From: a virus
Length of the DNA stretch: 64,000 bases
Virus record (IMG/VR): IMGVR_UViG_3300042991_000131
Coordinates: 12,821 to 76,820 of that record
Direction: 5' to 3' (one strand)
Shown: piece by piece, positions 55,717 to 64,000 of the stretch
Numbering within the stretch: the stretch's first letter is position 1
Layout of the letters: every line of letters starts with the position of its first letter
Made by a program: the position numbers and the translations under genes
The notes under the pieces: generated by a model
Told to the model about the DNA's origin: nothing
Databases searched by the model: none
What the model saw: only the letters and a program-made list of their open reading frames with translations

Positions 55717-55994
55717 GAACTGAAGTCCTTGCCGCCTTAGCCCTGGCTATGGCACTGCCACCTGATACGATTATCGTGGAGCCTGAAAAGGCAAAGCCCT
55801 ACCCAAAGTATCCGAATGTGCCGGATAACTTCATCCTCAGGAATCCAACAATCGACAATCGCCCGATACGCAAGTGCTATATCGGTGAACGCGTCTACGT
55901 GCGCACTAATCCTGATGAGGTACGTGCTATCGTGAATGACCTGCGTGAACGCCGTCGCTTGAATCAACTCCGTAAGCATAAGGCTACCGTATGA
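55713..55994 (+). CDS. Hypothetical protein
   Basis: ATGA coupling. Confidence 0.5.
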   Translation: MRTEVLAALALAMALPPDTIIVEPEKAKPYPKYPNVPDNFILRNPTIDNRPIRKCYIGERVYVRTNPDEVRAIVNDLRERRRLNQLRKHKATV

Positions 55995-56206
55995 CCGCCA
56001 ATGAATACATCGTCCTGCTCTGGCTCCATGTCTACGGGCATCCGCCCGAATCGGAACCATGGGTCGAGAACGCGCTCCAGAGTCTAGATAATCGCAACAT
56101 GATCATACGGCAGGGCGATAGGTTCGAGATTGGCGCACGTGGCGACGTGCTGATCGAGCACTTGAAGAAGATGCCACTGCCGGCCATGAAGTGGGTCATG
56201 CCATGA
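55991..56206 (+). CDS. Small wHTH-like protein
   Basis: L..L...N.I......F.I..RG pattern. Confidence 0.45.
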   Translation: MTANEYIVLLWLHVYGHPPESEPWVENALQSLDNRNMIIRQGDRFEIGARGDVLIEHLKKMPLPAMKWVMP

Positions 56207-56604
56207 AGGTTAACTCCGGTCCATTGCCTCTGTCAGAGTATATAGCTACGCTCAAGCGTATGCGCGATATGATCGCGGCTGGCAGAGGATTATCATACGA
56301 GGACAGCACAGAGATAGGTAACAAGCATACTGAGTGTTCATGGGGACTATGTGATGATACAAAGGATCTATGGCCTGACCCGCAGTTCTACATCTGGCCC
56401 GATCAGCCTAATCGGATTGCTCCTATGCACAGACTCGATGCACATACTTGCCCGTTCCGCCAGGCCAAACCATCTGCTAATGGCTGCTTCTGGTCATGCA
56501 TGATCTTCCAATCAGGAAAGCGTAATCCTCTACCGACACGGGACCAGGCACTCGCGCTGTACGATGCCAAGATTGCGGAGGCAGAGTCATGGCAGAAGCA
56601 ATAA
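56203..56604 (+). CDS. Cys-rich hypothetical protein
   Basis: CSWGLC, CP, GCFWSC. Confidence 0.55.
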   Translation: MKVNSGPLPLSEYIATLKRMRDMIAAGRGLSYEDSTEIGNKHTECSWGLCDDTKDLWPDPQFYIWPDQPNRIAPMHRLDAHTCPFRQAKPSANGCFWSCMIFQSGKRNPLPTRDQALALYDAKIAEAESWQKQ

Positions 56605-56734
56605 CCTGCAACCACCACTGTAACGTGACATGCAATGAGTGCGGGCAGCTAGTCTGTGCAAAATGCACTGTCACCTGTCCGCACTGTAAGAAACCTCTCG
56701 TCTCCTGGACGATTAGCACGATAGGCAGGGTCAA

Positions 56735-57001
56735 ATGCTAACAGAACTACTCGCCCGAGCCTACGCTCGTTTCCTTGCAAAGAGGAAGGATGAGATACAC
56801 AACAGTGCTGTCGTCCTGCGGATCGTTAATCAAAAGATCGACGAGCTTCGGAAGCTACAGGTATATGCAGACACGAATGGCTACAGTCAAGCCATCCACT
56901 ACCTGCTAGAGCAGGAAGAGGACCTGTGCAAGATCCATAAGCAAGAGCTTGAGGATTGGTTCCGCAAGTATAACCTTAATCCGAAGGACTATGATGTTTG
57001 A
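56735..57001 (+). CDS. Hypothetical protein
   Basis: Packing. Confidence 0.5.
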   Translation: MLTELLARAYARFLAKRKDEIHNSAVVLRIVNQKIDELRKLQVYADTNGYSQAIHYLLEQEEDLCKIHKQELEDWFRKYNLNPKDYDV

Positions 57002-57278
57002 GACCTGCGCCTTCTGTAACGGTGACGGCCATGAATACATGCTGCCGTCCAAGGTATGCCTACACTGTAACGGCGCAGGTAAGTGGCCAGCACAGTATTG
57101 GTACTTCACCTTTGGCTTCGGACACGAACACAAGAACCGTTATGTCAGGCTGATTGGCACGCAAGAGACAGCCCACAACAAGATGATGGCACGTTTCGGC
57201 CCTAAGTGGGCAAACCAGTATGATGAAGCGACTTTCCTTCCACAGATAACCAAGTATAACCTCACGGAGCTAGTATGA
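56991..57278 (+). CDS. DnaJ-type Zn finger plus YFTFGxGH domain protein
   Basis: CAFCNGDG..CLHCNGAG; WYFTFGFGH...FG.KW..QY. Confidence 0.55.
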   Translation: MMFETCAFCNGDGHEYMLPSKVCLHCNGAGKWPAQYWYFTFGFGHEHKNRYVRLIGTQETAHNKMMARFGPKWANQYDEATFLPQITKYNLTELV

Positions 57279-57450
57279 GCGACACCAAGACCGATGCGCT
57301 ACTCAAGCGTATCAACCCTACCATCAAGAAGCTGCTCGATGCTCAGCGCGAGCTAATCATGGCTGAGTCGCTACCCGACTCTAATGCCTATGAGGCGGCT
57401 CTGGCGCACTTCAATGCCCGTCTAGAGAACATAGCAGCGGAGACAATGCC

Positions 57451-57828
57451 GTGATCAAGCGTTGCGCAATAATCAGCGAGGACTGTGCTTCAACGTTTCA
57501 AGGTTTCTTCGTTAACGACGGCGTCGTGTACGATGTACCTACGAACAGAGGGCACATCGTCAAGCATAATGCTAAGTATGACTGCCGCAAGCATGTAATC
57601 TATGACGATGTGAAGTTCGATGCCAAGATGCAGTTGTGGAGAGAGTTCTGCCACGAGATTAAGCGCATTTGCCCGAAGTTCTGCAAGAGTGTGATCTGGA
57701 AGGAGAGCTTGACGATTAAGCTCATGTTCGGTAGGTATGACATCTACTGTCAGCACATAGAGCAGATGCTTGCCCTGAACGTATTGACTCAGGACGGGCG
57801 CTTCTTGCGCCTCGGTGAGAAACCCTGA
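57451..57828 (+). CDS. Hypothetical protein
   Basis: Packing. Confidence 0.5.
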   Translation: MIKRCAIISEDCASTFQGFFVNDGVVYDVPTNRGHIVKHNAKYDCRKHVIYDDVKFDAKMQLWREFCHEIKRICPKFCKSVIWKESLTIKLMFGRYDIYCQHIEQMLALNVLTQDGRFLRLGEKP

Positions 57829-57922
57829 TGGACCTACTCGTGCCATTAGGTGGCGTGTTCTACAAGGCAGGCCCTGTCACCGTGTACATGCAGGCGCTGG
57901 TCCTGTACGTGGGGATAGACCT

Positions 57923-58510
57923 GTGATAGAAGCAGAAGCACTCGCGGAGCTTGTGACGAAGCTCCCTGCATCCCGTGACGTGATTATAACTGAGCATATG
58001 CCGCTATGTTCACAGATCGGTCGCTGGTATGCACGCAAAAACAGGCGGCAACCTGATGACCTAATCTCGGCCGCGTACCTAGGACTCGTGCAAGCAGTCC
58101 AATGGTCATGTGAAGGCAGGTTGAAGGATCACAACATCACGCCCTATATTGTTGTGACCGTGCATCGGTTCTGTCGTGACGCCATCGAGGCCGATCACAC
58201 AGTCATAATCGAGCGACGAGCTAGGAAAGAGTACCGAGAAAAGAAGGGCGAAGGATTATCGGCACAGTTAACTGATCAGCACGTAATCGAGGCACCTGTC
58301 GATAGGCGCATGATCTACGCTGAGCTTATGGATACCTTCTGCGTCCGCTATCAGGCAGTGATCGAACTGCGATTAGCTGGCTATACGCAGTGTGAGATAG
58401 CCGAAAAACTCAATGTCTCGCAACCCATGGTACACAAATATATCAAAGAGATTAAGGAAAAACTTAGTCTCATGTCCAACAATGCCTTAACCCTTAGGAA
58501 CCTTATATGA
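57923..58510 (+). CDS. RNA polymerase sigma factor (sigma70 family, regions 2 and 4)
   Basis: DDLISAAYLGLVQAV; YQAVIELRLAGYTQCEIAEKLNVSQPMVHKYI; start could be 57815. Confidence 0.8.
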   Translation: MIEAEALAELVTKLPASRDVIITEHMPLCSQIGRWYARKNRRQPDDLISAAYLGLVQAVQWSCEGRLKDHNITPYIVVTVHRFCRDAIEADHTVIIERRARKEYREKKGEGLSAQLTDQHVIEAPVDRRMIYAELMDTFCVRYQAVIELRLAGYTQCEIAEKLNVSQPMVHKYIKEIKEKLSLMSNNALTLRNLI

Positions 58511-59091
58511 TCGAAATCTTTGACGAACGCGAAATGCTTGCCGAGGCAGCACCTGCCGAGGAAGGTGCGCTTGCACTAATCCAGGAGCTTGGCCTCAAGA
58601 CCATGCCTGATGGCGAGCGCATCGCTTACCCACTGCCTAACAAGCAGCAGTGGTTCGTGATTCAGATGCTTTTCCCTGAGCGTACAAAGATTAAGGACTA
58701 TGACGCCGGCGGTATCCCGCTGCGTGTTCTCAAGGAGATACGCAGCTACAAGGCTGAGTATCCGAAGCACATCCTTGTGGTCTGCCATCAGGCTCAGGCG
58801 ATTGTCAAGGACCCTATCCTGCTTGCCTACACAGGCAACTACGAGTGGGGCGCGACACAGACCAGTACGGCATCCAATGAGTATAGGTTAATCGCACGCT
58901 GGGGCGATGCACTTGATGACTGGGGTCAGCTTGCCAAGCGGGCCACGACAATCATGCGTGAGAATATACGCAACGAGTGTGAGAAGAATACCACCCGTCT
59001 CAAGCGTCTCATGAATGAACTGAACAACGTCAACATCGAAGATAACACCATACCTGAGATTACCATCAGGAATCTGCCGGAGGGCTACTAA
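58507..59091 (+). CDS. Hypothetical protein
   Basis: 194 aa; IP.RVL, DPIL, LIARWG. Confidence 0.6.
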   Translation: MIEIFDEREMLAEAAPAEEGALALIQELGLKTMPDGERIAYPLPNKQQWFVIQMLFPERTKIKDYDAGGIPLRVLKEIRSYKAEYPKHILVVCHQAQAIVKDPILLAYTGNYEWGATQTSTASNEYRLIARWGDALDDWGQLAKRATTIMRENIRNECEKNTTRLKRLMNELNNVNIEDNTIPEITIRNLPEGY

Positions 59092-59212
59092 TGAAACTCA
59101 AGCGTGAAGAACTTATCAAGCAACTTGATAAGTACATCAAGTGGAAGCGTACCTTCAACGAGGCCAGCAAGACTGGCTTCTCGTGCGATATGTTCGCTAA
59201 GAAGGGACGCAA

Positions 59213-59449
59213 GTGAAAACCCTCCCTGGTAGCACGCTGGACAGCTTCGAGAAGTATGTAATCGCTAGGCAGAACATGCCTAAGAACGTGACCGAGCGGC
59301 TCTCAGAGGCGCAGCAAATCTCGATGCGCGACAACAACGCCATGATGCTAGATATCTTGAACTGGATCAAGAAACAAGAGAGGACAATCGTGCGCCTGCG
59401 GAACAAGGTAAAGAAGATTACGGCCCAGCGCCATGGTTACTCCGTATGA
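59213..59449 (+). CDS. Hypothetical protein
   Basis: Packing. Confidence 0.5.
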   Translation: MKTLPGSTLDSFEKYVIARQNMPKNVTERLSEAQQISMRDNNAMMLDILNWIKKQERTIVRLRNKVKKITAQRHGYSV

Positions 59450-59820
59450 GATACCTCCTAATCCTTCTCTTCCTCTGTGGCTGCAATGAGGGCTTCAAGG
59501 TACCTCAGAAGGCCGCTGCTGTCGTGCCTGCAACATTACAAGAGGCCAAGGCGGCTGCTCTGTTGCCTCCTGCATCTGGTATCGGACAACCGATTAACAT
59601 CATTGCGCCGCATAACATGGTGATCAAGCGTCATGATTACCATGGCGAGCATGTTGTTAACGGACCACTGATCCTAGCTCCTGGTGCTACACTCTGGATC
59701 AGTGCTGACCGTCCATGCACCTGGGATGGTGTAGATTTTTCAGACTATGTTGATGCTACATACACGCAGCATGGATTAGAGACCGTTAACATCTATGTGT
59801 ATCCAGGGGGTGGCGGATGA
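59446..59820 (+). CDS. Putative lipoprotein
   Basis: MRYLLILLFLCG-C lipobox. Confidence 0.55.
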   Translation: MRYLLILLFLCGCNEGFKVPQKAAAVVPATLQEAKAAALLPPASGIGQPINIIAPHNMVIKRHDYHGEHVVNGPLILAPGATLWISADRPCTWDGVDFSDYVDATYTQHGLETVNIYVYPGGGG

Positions 59821-60281
59821 ATATAAAGCCTACAATCTGGAAAGATATACCTGGACACTCTAGGTATGCGGCTTGTGAATCCGGAGGCATATTAGACAAG
59901 CAAACTGGTTACGTAAAGCAGCCATGCAAAGATGGACATGGCTATTACCATCTGGCACTAGCTAACAGTGACGGCACATATGCCTACCGGAAGGTACATC
60001 AACTAATCCTTGAAACTTTTGTCGGGCCTAGACCAGATGATTCGTTCACAGGCGAGCATAAAGATAGGAATAAAGCAAATAACGCCTTGAGTAATCTTGA
60101 GTGGTTGCCAAATGTTATAAATTGTAGTCACACGCGCGAACAGCATGGTATGACAAAGCTGAGCTTTGACGACATAAAGAAGATTAAGGCGTCTATTCTA
60201 AGTTCAAGAGCTTTAGCTAAGATTTACAAAGTAACAAAGACATGTATACTTGACGCAAGGAAAACCATATGCCCTATGTGA
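59817..60281 (+). CDS. NUMOD4-HNH homing endonuclease
   Basis: WKDIPG..RY, VHQLILETFVG, EHKDRNKANN..SNLEW. Confidence 0.85.
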   Translation: MNIKPTIWKDIPGHSRYAACESGGILDKQTGYVKQPCKDGHGYYHLALANSDGTYAYRKVHQLILETFVGPRPDDSFTGEHKDRNKANNALSNLEWLPNVINCSHTREQHGMTKLSFDDIKKIKASILSSRALAKIYKVTKTCILDARKTICPM

Positions 60282-60805
60282 ATATTGATATGGATGGTGT
60301 ACTAGTTGATCTAGTAGGTGGTGTAAATAGGTCATACAGGCATGGTCGCCCATTAGAGCTTAAAGGCGATTATGATTTGAATAAGATATTTAATTTTGAT
60401 GCAATGAACAAGATTGAGAATGCAACATCGACCTTTTGGGCGAACCTACCCAGAGAGCCTTGGGCCTCGGATCTGGTGGAGTCAGTCCTGGATAGATTTC
60501 TACCGAGTCAGATACGTATCCTGACGAAGTATGTCTCACCTGCGTGTGCAGCGGGCAAGATTGTGTGGATGAAGTACAACTATCCGCGCATCGCTGAGCA
60601 GATCGTGCTTGTGTCAAACGATAAAGAGTTCGCCTGTAACCCGAACGATATCTTAATAGATGATTATGCTATGAATACGTTAGCTTGGCGCGCAGCAGGA
60701 GGCTACGCCATTACTGTCCCACAACCCTGGAACAATGTTCCCGGTGACCCCATGCAACACATAGAAAGGGAACTCAATGCCTACCGAGACACCGGACATG
60801 GCTAA
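60269..60805 (+). CDS. 5'(3')-deoxyribonucleotidase (HAD)
   Basis: DMDGVLVD, GK..W, ILIDD, PWN. Confidence 0.85.
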   Translation: MPYVNIDMDGVLVDLVGGVNRSYRHGRPLELKGDYDLNKIFNFDAMNKIENATSTFWANLPREPWASDLVESVLDRFLPSQIRILTKYVSPACAAGKIVWMKYNYPRIAEQIVLVSNDKEFACNPNDILIDDYAMNTLAWRAAGGYAITVPQPWNNVPGDPMQHIERELNAYRDTGHG

Positions 60806-60992
60806 CTATAAGCGGGACTGGACCGCTAGGGAGCCGTTCTTTGTTGCAAAGAACAGTCGCGGCGCTGGTTACTACGTCACTATTAATGAGCGTAAGTTAA
60901 TCACTGAGAATCCCTACGAAGACATCATCAACTCGCTAGAAGAAATGCTAGCAACAGCCAAGGCTCAACATGCTCTTAACTCCGTATCCTGA
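60777..60992 (+). CDS. Hypothetical protein
   Basis: Packing. Confidence 0.5.
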   Translation: MPTETPDMANYKRDWTAREPFFVAKNSRGAGYYVTINERKLITENPYEDIINSLEEMLATAKAQHALNSVS

Positions 60993-61476
60993 GTACGCTC
61001 TGTGTGCCAGGGCCTTCAATAACTATCATCTGGCTCTCATGCTCAGACTAGTCAAGACAGTGCATGCAGGATTAACCTATCCTAAGTCCTACACGGATAA
61101 GCCAGCTTGTGCGCTCTGGAAGGATACACCGCAACAGTTGCTCCTGTATGGTGTGTTCTTGGCTCGGGAGGCTGCTAATCGCAAGTTACCTGATCCTCGC
61201 GATCATACGTGGATCGAAGATGAGTACAAGTTCAGGGGCAACGACCTGACTCCACCATGGTGGCTTGGCGACAAGGAATGGCACTCTTATCATCGTGGAT
61301 TAATGCATCAGAACGATGAGTTATTCTACACGGCGGTATTCATTAAGACTGGTGTGGGCGTCCGGTTCGATGATAAGTATTCACGAGAGTCAATCTTCGA
61401 ATCGGAAGGCGACCTCAAGGCACGCATGACGGCGTTTCATGTCAATCAACTGATGAGGAAGCAACATGGACACTGA
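60970..61476 (+). CDS. Pyrimidine-dimer glycosylase-like (DenV/Pyr_excise) protein
   Basis: PA..LW, L..YG....E...R, PPWWLG...H..HR. Confidence 0.55.
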   Translation: MLLTPYPEYALCARAFNNYHLALMLRLVKTVHAGLTYPKSYTDKPACALWKDTPQQLLLYGVFLAREAANRKLPDPRDHTWIEDEYKFRGNDLTPPWWLGDKEWHSYHRGLMHQNDELFYTAVFIKTGVGVRFDDKYSRESIFESEGDLKARMTAFHVNQLMRKQHGH

Positions 61477-62503
61477 ACTACTCATGCTCTGCCACAAAGA
61501 CACCAAGAGGATTGGCCTCTGTGGTAATTACGTCAGCGAGAAGCTCGATGGTCAACGCTGCTTCTGGGACGGTGGGATTACTGTTGGCATGAAGATCCGT
61601 GACGTGCCTTGGGCCAACAAGTACGACAAGCGGAAACAAGAGTGGATTAGCAATGGGCTGTGGAGCAGATTAGGGAATAAGGTGCATGCGCCCGATTACT
61701 GGCTCAAGCAGCTTCCAACCATCATGCTAGATGGAGAACTCTGGGCAGGCTACGAACACCGTCAGTACCTAATGCAAACGATTAAGAAGGAGGACGGTAC
61801 TTGCGACTGGAGCAAGGTGCAGTATCGTGTATACGATTCGCCGCCGGTTAAGAGGTTCCTCTCAGAGCGTGTGGTGAATTACTCCGGACGCAAGCATTTA
61901 ATCTCTGGTGCAATGGAGTTTGGCAAGGATCTAGCTGGCGTCGGCTATGGTGCTGGCTTCAGCAGCCGTTATGCTTGGCTCCGCGAGCACTGCCCACAGA
62001 AGGATAATATCGTACTGCATGAACAGTACGTGATTCCTAATGGTATTGATGCCGCTAAGGCTTTCATCGGTGTCATGCTAGATCAGGTGCTGGCCAAGGG
62101 TGGCGAAGGATTAGTCGTGAAGGGTGCCTCGTCACTCTATGAATGTGCTCGTAGTCACGGTAGTATTAAGATTAAGCCATTCGAGGACGGCGAAGGTACT
62201 GTTGTTGGCTGGATCGCCGGTGAAGAAACGGCTAAGGGTAGCAGGTTGTTAGGTATGATGGGATCGCTTGTACTGCGACTAGCTAATGGACGCGAGCTTA
62301 TGCTATCTGGCTTCACTGACCAGGAGCGCCAACTGATGATCGCAGAACGCACGTGGGCAACTCATAATCCTGGTGCCCGTGCACCAGAAGGCTATCAGTG
62401 TGGCTTCAAGACTGGATTAACCGTCACGTATAAGTATCGTGGCCTAACGGCTGATGGTATCCCGATGGAAGCCCGCTACTGGCGTGAACGGAGTGACGAA
62501 TGA
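61466..62503 (+). CDS. ATP-dependent DNA ligase
   Basis: SEKLDG, LDGELW, GEGLVVK, KIKP, OB-fold tail. Confidence 0.9.
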   Translation: MDTELLMLCHKDTKRIGLCGNYVSEKLDGQRCFWDGGITVGMKIRDVPWANKYDKRKQEWISNGLWSRLGNKVHAPDYWLKQLPTIMLDGELWAGYEHRQYLMQTIKKEDGTCDWSKVQYRVYDSPPVKRFLSERVVNYSGRKHLISGAMEFGKDLAGVGYGAGFSSRYAWLREHCPQKDNIVLHEQYVIPNGIDAAKAFIGVMLDQVLAKGGEGLVVKGASSLYECARSHGSIKIKPFEDGEGTVVGWIAGEETAKGSRLLGMMGSLVLRLANGRELMLSGFTDQERQLMIAERTWATHNPGARAPEGYQCGFKTGLTVTYKYRGLTADGIPMEARYWRERSDE

Positions 62504-62739
62504 AACTTAAAATATCTACGTTTGTCTTCTCTTGTGTACCTACTACTTGCCTGTTGCTAGGTGGTTGTAACTTAGCACTACTTTACAGTCTAGTAATCAT
62601 CATTAGGGAGAAGCCATGAGTCCTGGATCTAGCTGCACAGTACAGACACAGCCGACGTTTGAGATAATGGATGGTATCATTGAGTCAGATGCTGAATACT
62701 GCACCGGAAAACTGGTGCTAGTAGATGGCAAACTAATCT

Positions 62740-63129
62740 GTGACACGTGTGGACAGACCTATGAATGATGCAATAGGCTGGTCTGATGCAGAATATCTTT
62801 CAAGGAAGATGGGTGAGCTACAGCCGAAGCTGCTTCGCTATGTAGTCGGACGTTCTGGCGATGATTACATGCTTAGGGTTGAGCTATTGGATCTGAAAGT
62901 CCTCGTTGAAGGCGTCTTGGCTAAGACAGTACGTGCTGATAATCACATGCCTGGGCGTGTCATCTATCCGGAGAGGACTTGGTCAACTGGCCCTGTACCG
63001 GGTGACACCGACGTAATCATCCAGACAGAAGAGGGCCGGTGCCACGTGGCTAGGTTCGTCGGGCAGCCGGGTCATTGGGAGGTCGGTGGATTCGCCATTG
63101 AAGGTGTCGTTGCCTGGAGGCCGTTATGA
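62740..63129 (+). CDS. Hypothetical protein (DUF551-like C-terminus)
   Basis: W....P.....V......VVAWRPL. Confidence 0.45.
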   Translation: MTRVDRPMNDAIGWSDAEYLSRKMGELQPKLLRYVVGRSGDDYMLRVELLDLKVLVEGVLAKTVRADNHMPGRVIYPERTWSTGPVPGDTDVIIQTEEGRCHVARFVGQPGHWEVGGFAIEGVVAWRPL

Positions 63130-63353
63130 TGCCTAAATACATCATGATTGGCGAGAATACAGCCGTGCGTCTCTACGAGTCGAAGGGTGAGCATCTAGCC
63201 CGTTATGAACGTGTACATGGTGCCTGGATGATTAACGTGCTGCGCCAGGGTGAGAAACTAGTAGCTTGCCACGAGTGGCCGTTCCCTGAGAATATTGTTG
63301 AGCAGCCTGTGCGTGAGATTACACAAGCAGAATATCAGGAGAATGACGCATGA
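63126..63353 (+). CDS. Hypothetical protein
   Basis: ATGA coupling. Confidence 0.5.
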   Translation: MMPKYIMIGENTAVRLYESKGEHLARYERVHGAWMINVLRQGEKLVACHEWPFPENIVEQPVREITQAEYQENDA

Positions 63354-63553
63354 GCCTACTCTGCACTGACTGCCAGACTGATGTGTATAAGATTCGTGAG
63401 TATGCCTACATCTTGAAGAAATGGTCCTTTGGGAAAGCTGTTCTCTGCCTTGAGGCCAGGCTAGGCAGGCCATTGACTCGCTCCGATTTCAACTTCGAGA
63501 TTCCGTTGACATCATTGCCATTTGCACGACTCACCAAAAGGATGCAATCATGA
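63350..63553 (+). CDS. Hypothetical protein
   Basis: C.DC, LE.RLGR.LT.SDF. Confidence 0.45.
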   Translation: MSLLCTDCQTDVYKIREYAYILKKWSFGKAVLCLEARLGRPLTRSDFNFEIPLTSLPFARLTKRMQS

Positions 63554-63771
63554 GCCTACGCGACGAGATTAGGGATGCCATTGCACGCGGCGAGACTTCG
63601 ATCAACTATTTCGGCAAGAGTGTCACATTTCAGCGCAACAGGGCCATTTACTCCGTCAACAAGACAGCTAATCTCTGGTATAGTAGATACTATCCTGAAC
63701 CTAGATTCATGTGCCCATCAGTTGATTCACATCGTAGCTTTACTAAGGCAGAACTTCAATGCATATCTTGA
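63550..63771 (+). CDS. Hypothetical protein
   Basis: ATGA coupling. Confidence 0.45.
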   Translation: MSLRDEIRDAIARGETSINYFGKSVTFQRNRAIYSVNKTANLWYSRYYPEPRFMCPSVDSHRSFTKAELQCIS

Positions 63772-63811
63772 TACTTAATCACATGCAGGAAAACCTCGTC
63801 AAGGATTCACA

Positions 63812-64000
63812 ATGAAACGTAAGCCTACCTATCTCTCTAACTCTGCCCTTAAGACCTGGGAAAGCGACAGGCGCGAGTACTATCTACGCTACCTGACAGA
63901 ACGTGTACCCAAGGTGCAACAGACCGCGCCGATGGCCATTGGTTCGGCATTTGATGGTATGGTCAAGAACGCGATTGAAAAGATGCTGGGCCTCGATGTA
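63812..64000 (+). CDS. PD-(D/E)XK exonuclease-like protein, 3'-truncated by window edge
   Basis: YLSNSALKTW...EYYLRY...MAIGSAFD N-terminal motif; AAGGA RBS. Confidence 0.55.
   Translation, partial: MKRKPTYLSNSALKTWESDRREYYLRYLTERVPKVQQTAPMAIGSAFDGMVKNAIEKMLGLDV

Noticed and set aside
34111-55940. Other CTGATGA matches (34111, 44198, 51962, 55912) as hammerheads
   Set aside because: No stem II followed by GAAA; all are in coding sequence.
1-64000. Stop-codon reassignment
   Set aside because: Genes pack tightly under the standard code and all three stops are used; Leu anticodons TAA and TAG read TTA and CTA and are not suppressors.

Overview
64 kb of a tailed dsDNA phage genome (siphovirus-like; no integrase, CRISPR array or reverse transcriptase seen). 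Layout: (i) 1-24.1 kb + strand virion operon (head-tail connector, scaffold, P22-coat-like major capsid, neck, major tail, frameshifted tail chaperone, tape measure, three Dit-like paralogs, fibres, tail hub, GT9-like glycosyltransferase); (ii) 24.1-30.3 kb - strand operon (primase-helicase, dNMP kinase, Dam-family MTase, HNH, DEDDh exonuclease); (iii) 31.1-49.7 kb + strand replication/nucleotide operons (two ParB-like proteins, SSB-like, SNF2 helicase, dCMP deaminase, intein-containing ThyX, two-frame C5 MTase, PolA, VRR-NUC, NYN, lytic transglycosylase); (iv) 49.7-64 kb small early-type genes with a sigma factor, nucleotidase, DNA ligase and an RNA island. Main signals: a canonical hammerhead ribozyme heading a ~700-nt ORF-free, heavily structured RNA that runs into a three-tRNA array; window-wide enrichment of GATTA/TAATC, with TGATTTGATTA palindromes at operon heads, in a phage with four ParB-fold genes; a repeated phage-specific promoter motif; tandem sigma54-like sites; two further structured RNA leaders; and a shared N-terminal leader on scaffold and capsid. 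All protein calls come from motif recognition by eye, with no database searches.
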